A stretch of DNA of 62,055 bases, counting the filler, from Sphacelaria rigidula (taxonomy: Eukaryota), in assembly GCA_964200075.2 (NCBI GenBank). It is 3 parts of 3 records of this genome, joined end to end, with 100 filler letters (N's around TTAATTAATTAA, not from the genome) between each part and the next. Parts side by side here need not be neighbours in the genome. Positions count along the whole stretch, not along the records: positions 41,444 to 62,055 come from CAXNAA020000509.1; 2 more parts are not named here. The stretch is one strand, 5' to 3'. This document shows positions 62,008 to 62,055 of the stretch, one piece after another (positions within the stretch are counted from its first letter, which is position 1; every line of letters begins with the position of its first letter). Both the position numbers and the translations under genes were made by a program. The notes under the pieces were generated by a model. The model ran no database searches. It was not told the DNA's origin and saw nothing but the letters and a program-made list of their open reading frames with translations.

Positions 62008-62055
62008 GCCGGCCCCCAAGGCAAGCGACCGCGACGACAGCAGCCAACAACACAA

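Overview
Repeat-dense eukaryotic scaffold (roughly balanced GC, two 100-bp assembly gaps with a TTAATTAATTAA spacer). It is most likely from a brown alga (Phaeophyceae); this is inferred from the one clearly recognisable gene. That gene is a 2.4-kb single-frame EsV-1-7-type gene (16452-18839, +) with about 15 tandem 38-aa C-x4-C-x16-C-x2-H repeats, one in-frame TGA in repeat 7, a strongly variable residue in each repeat, and a C-terminal tail with NLS-like and SUMO-like motifs. The rest is mostly transposon debris: about 7 copies of a tRNA-headed SINE with a (CA)n tail, several MITE and foldback families, a 98-bp TTAA/piggyBac-like MITE found next to its own empty site, a pair of ~1-kb inverted arms around a 41-bp satellite MITE, and at least 4-6 Ty1/copia pol remnants of very different ages. 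There are also weak exon-like remnants, including a possible sulfotransferase-like pseudogene. I found no CRISPR array, rRNA or intact transposase. All alignments were made by eye, so the boundaries of decayed elements are approximate.
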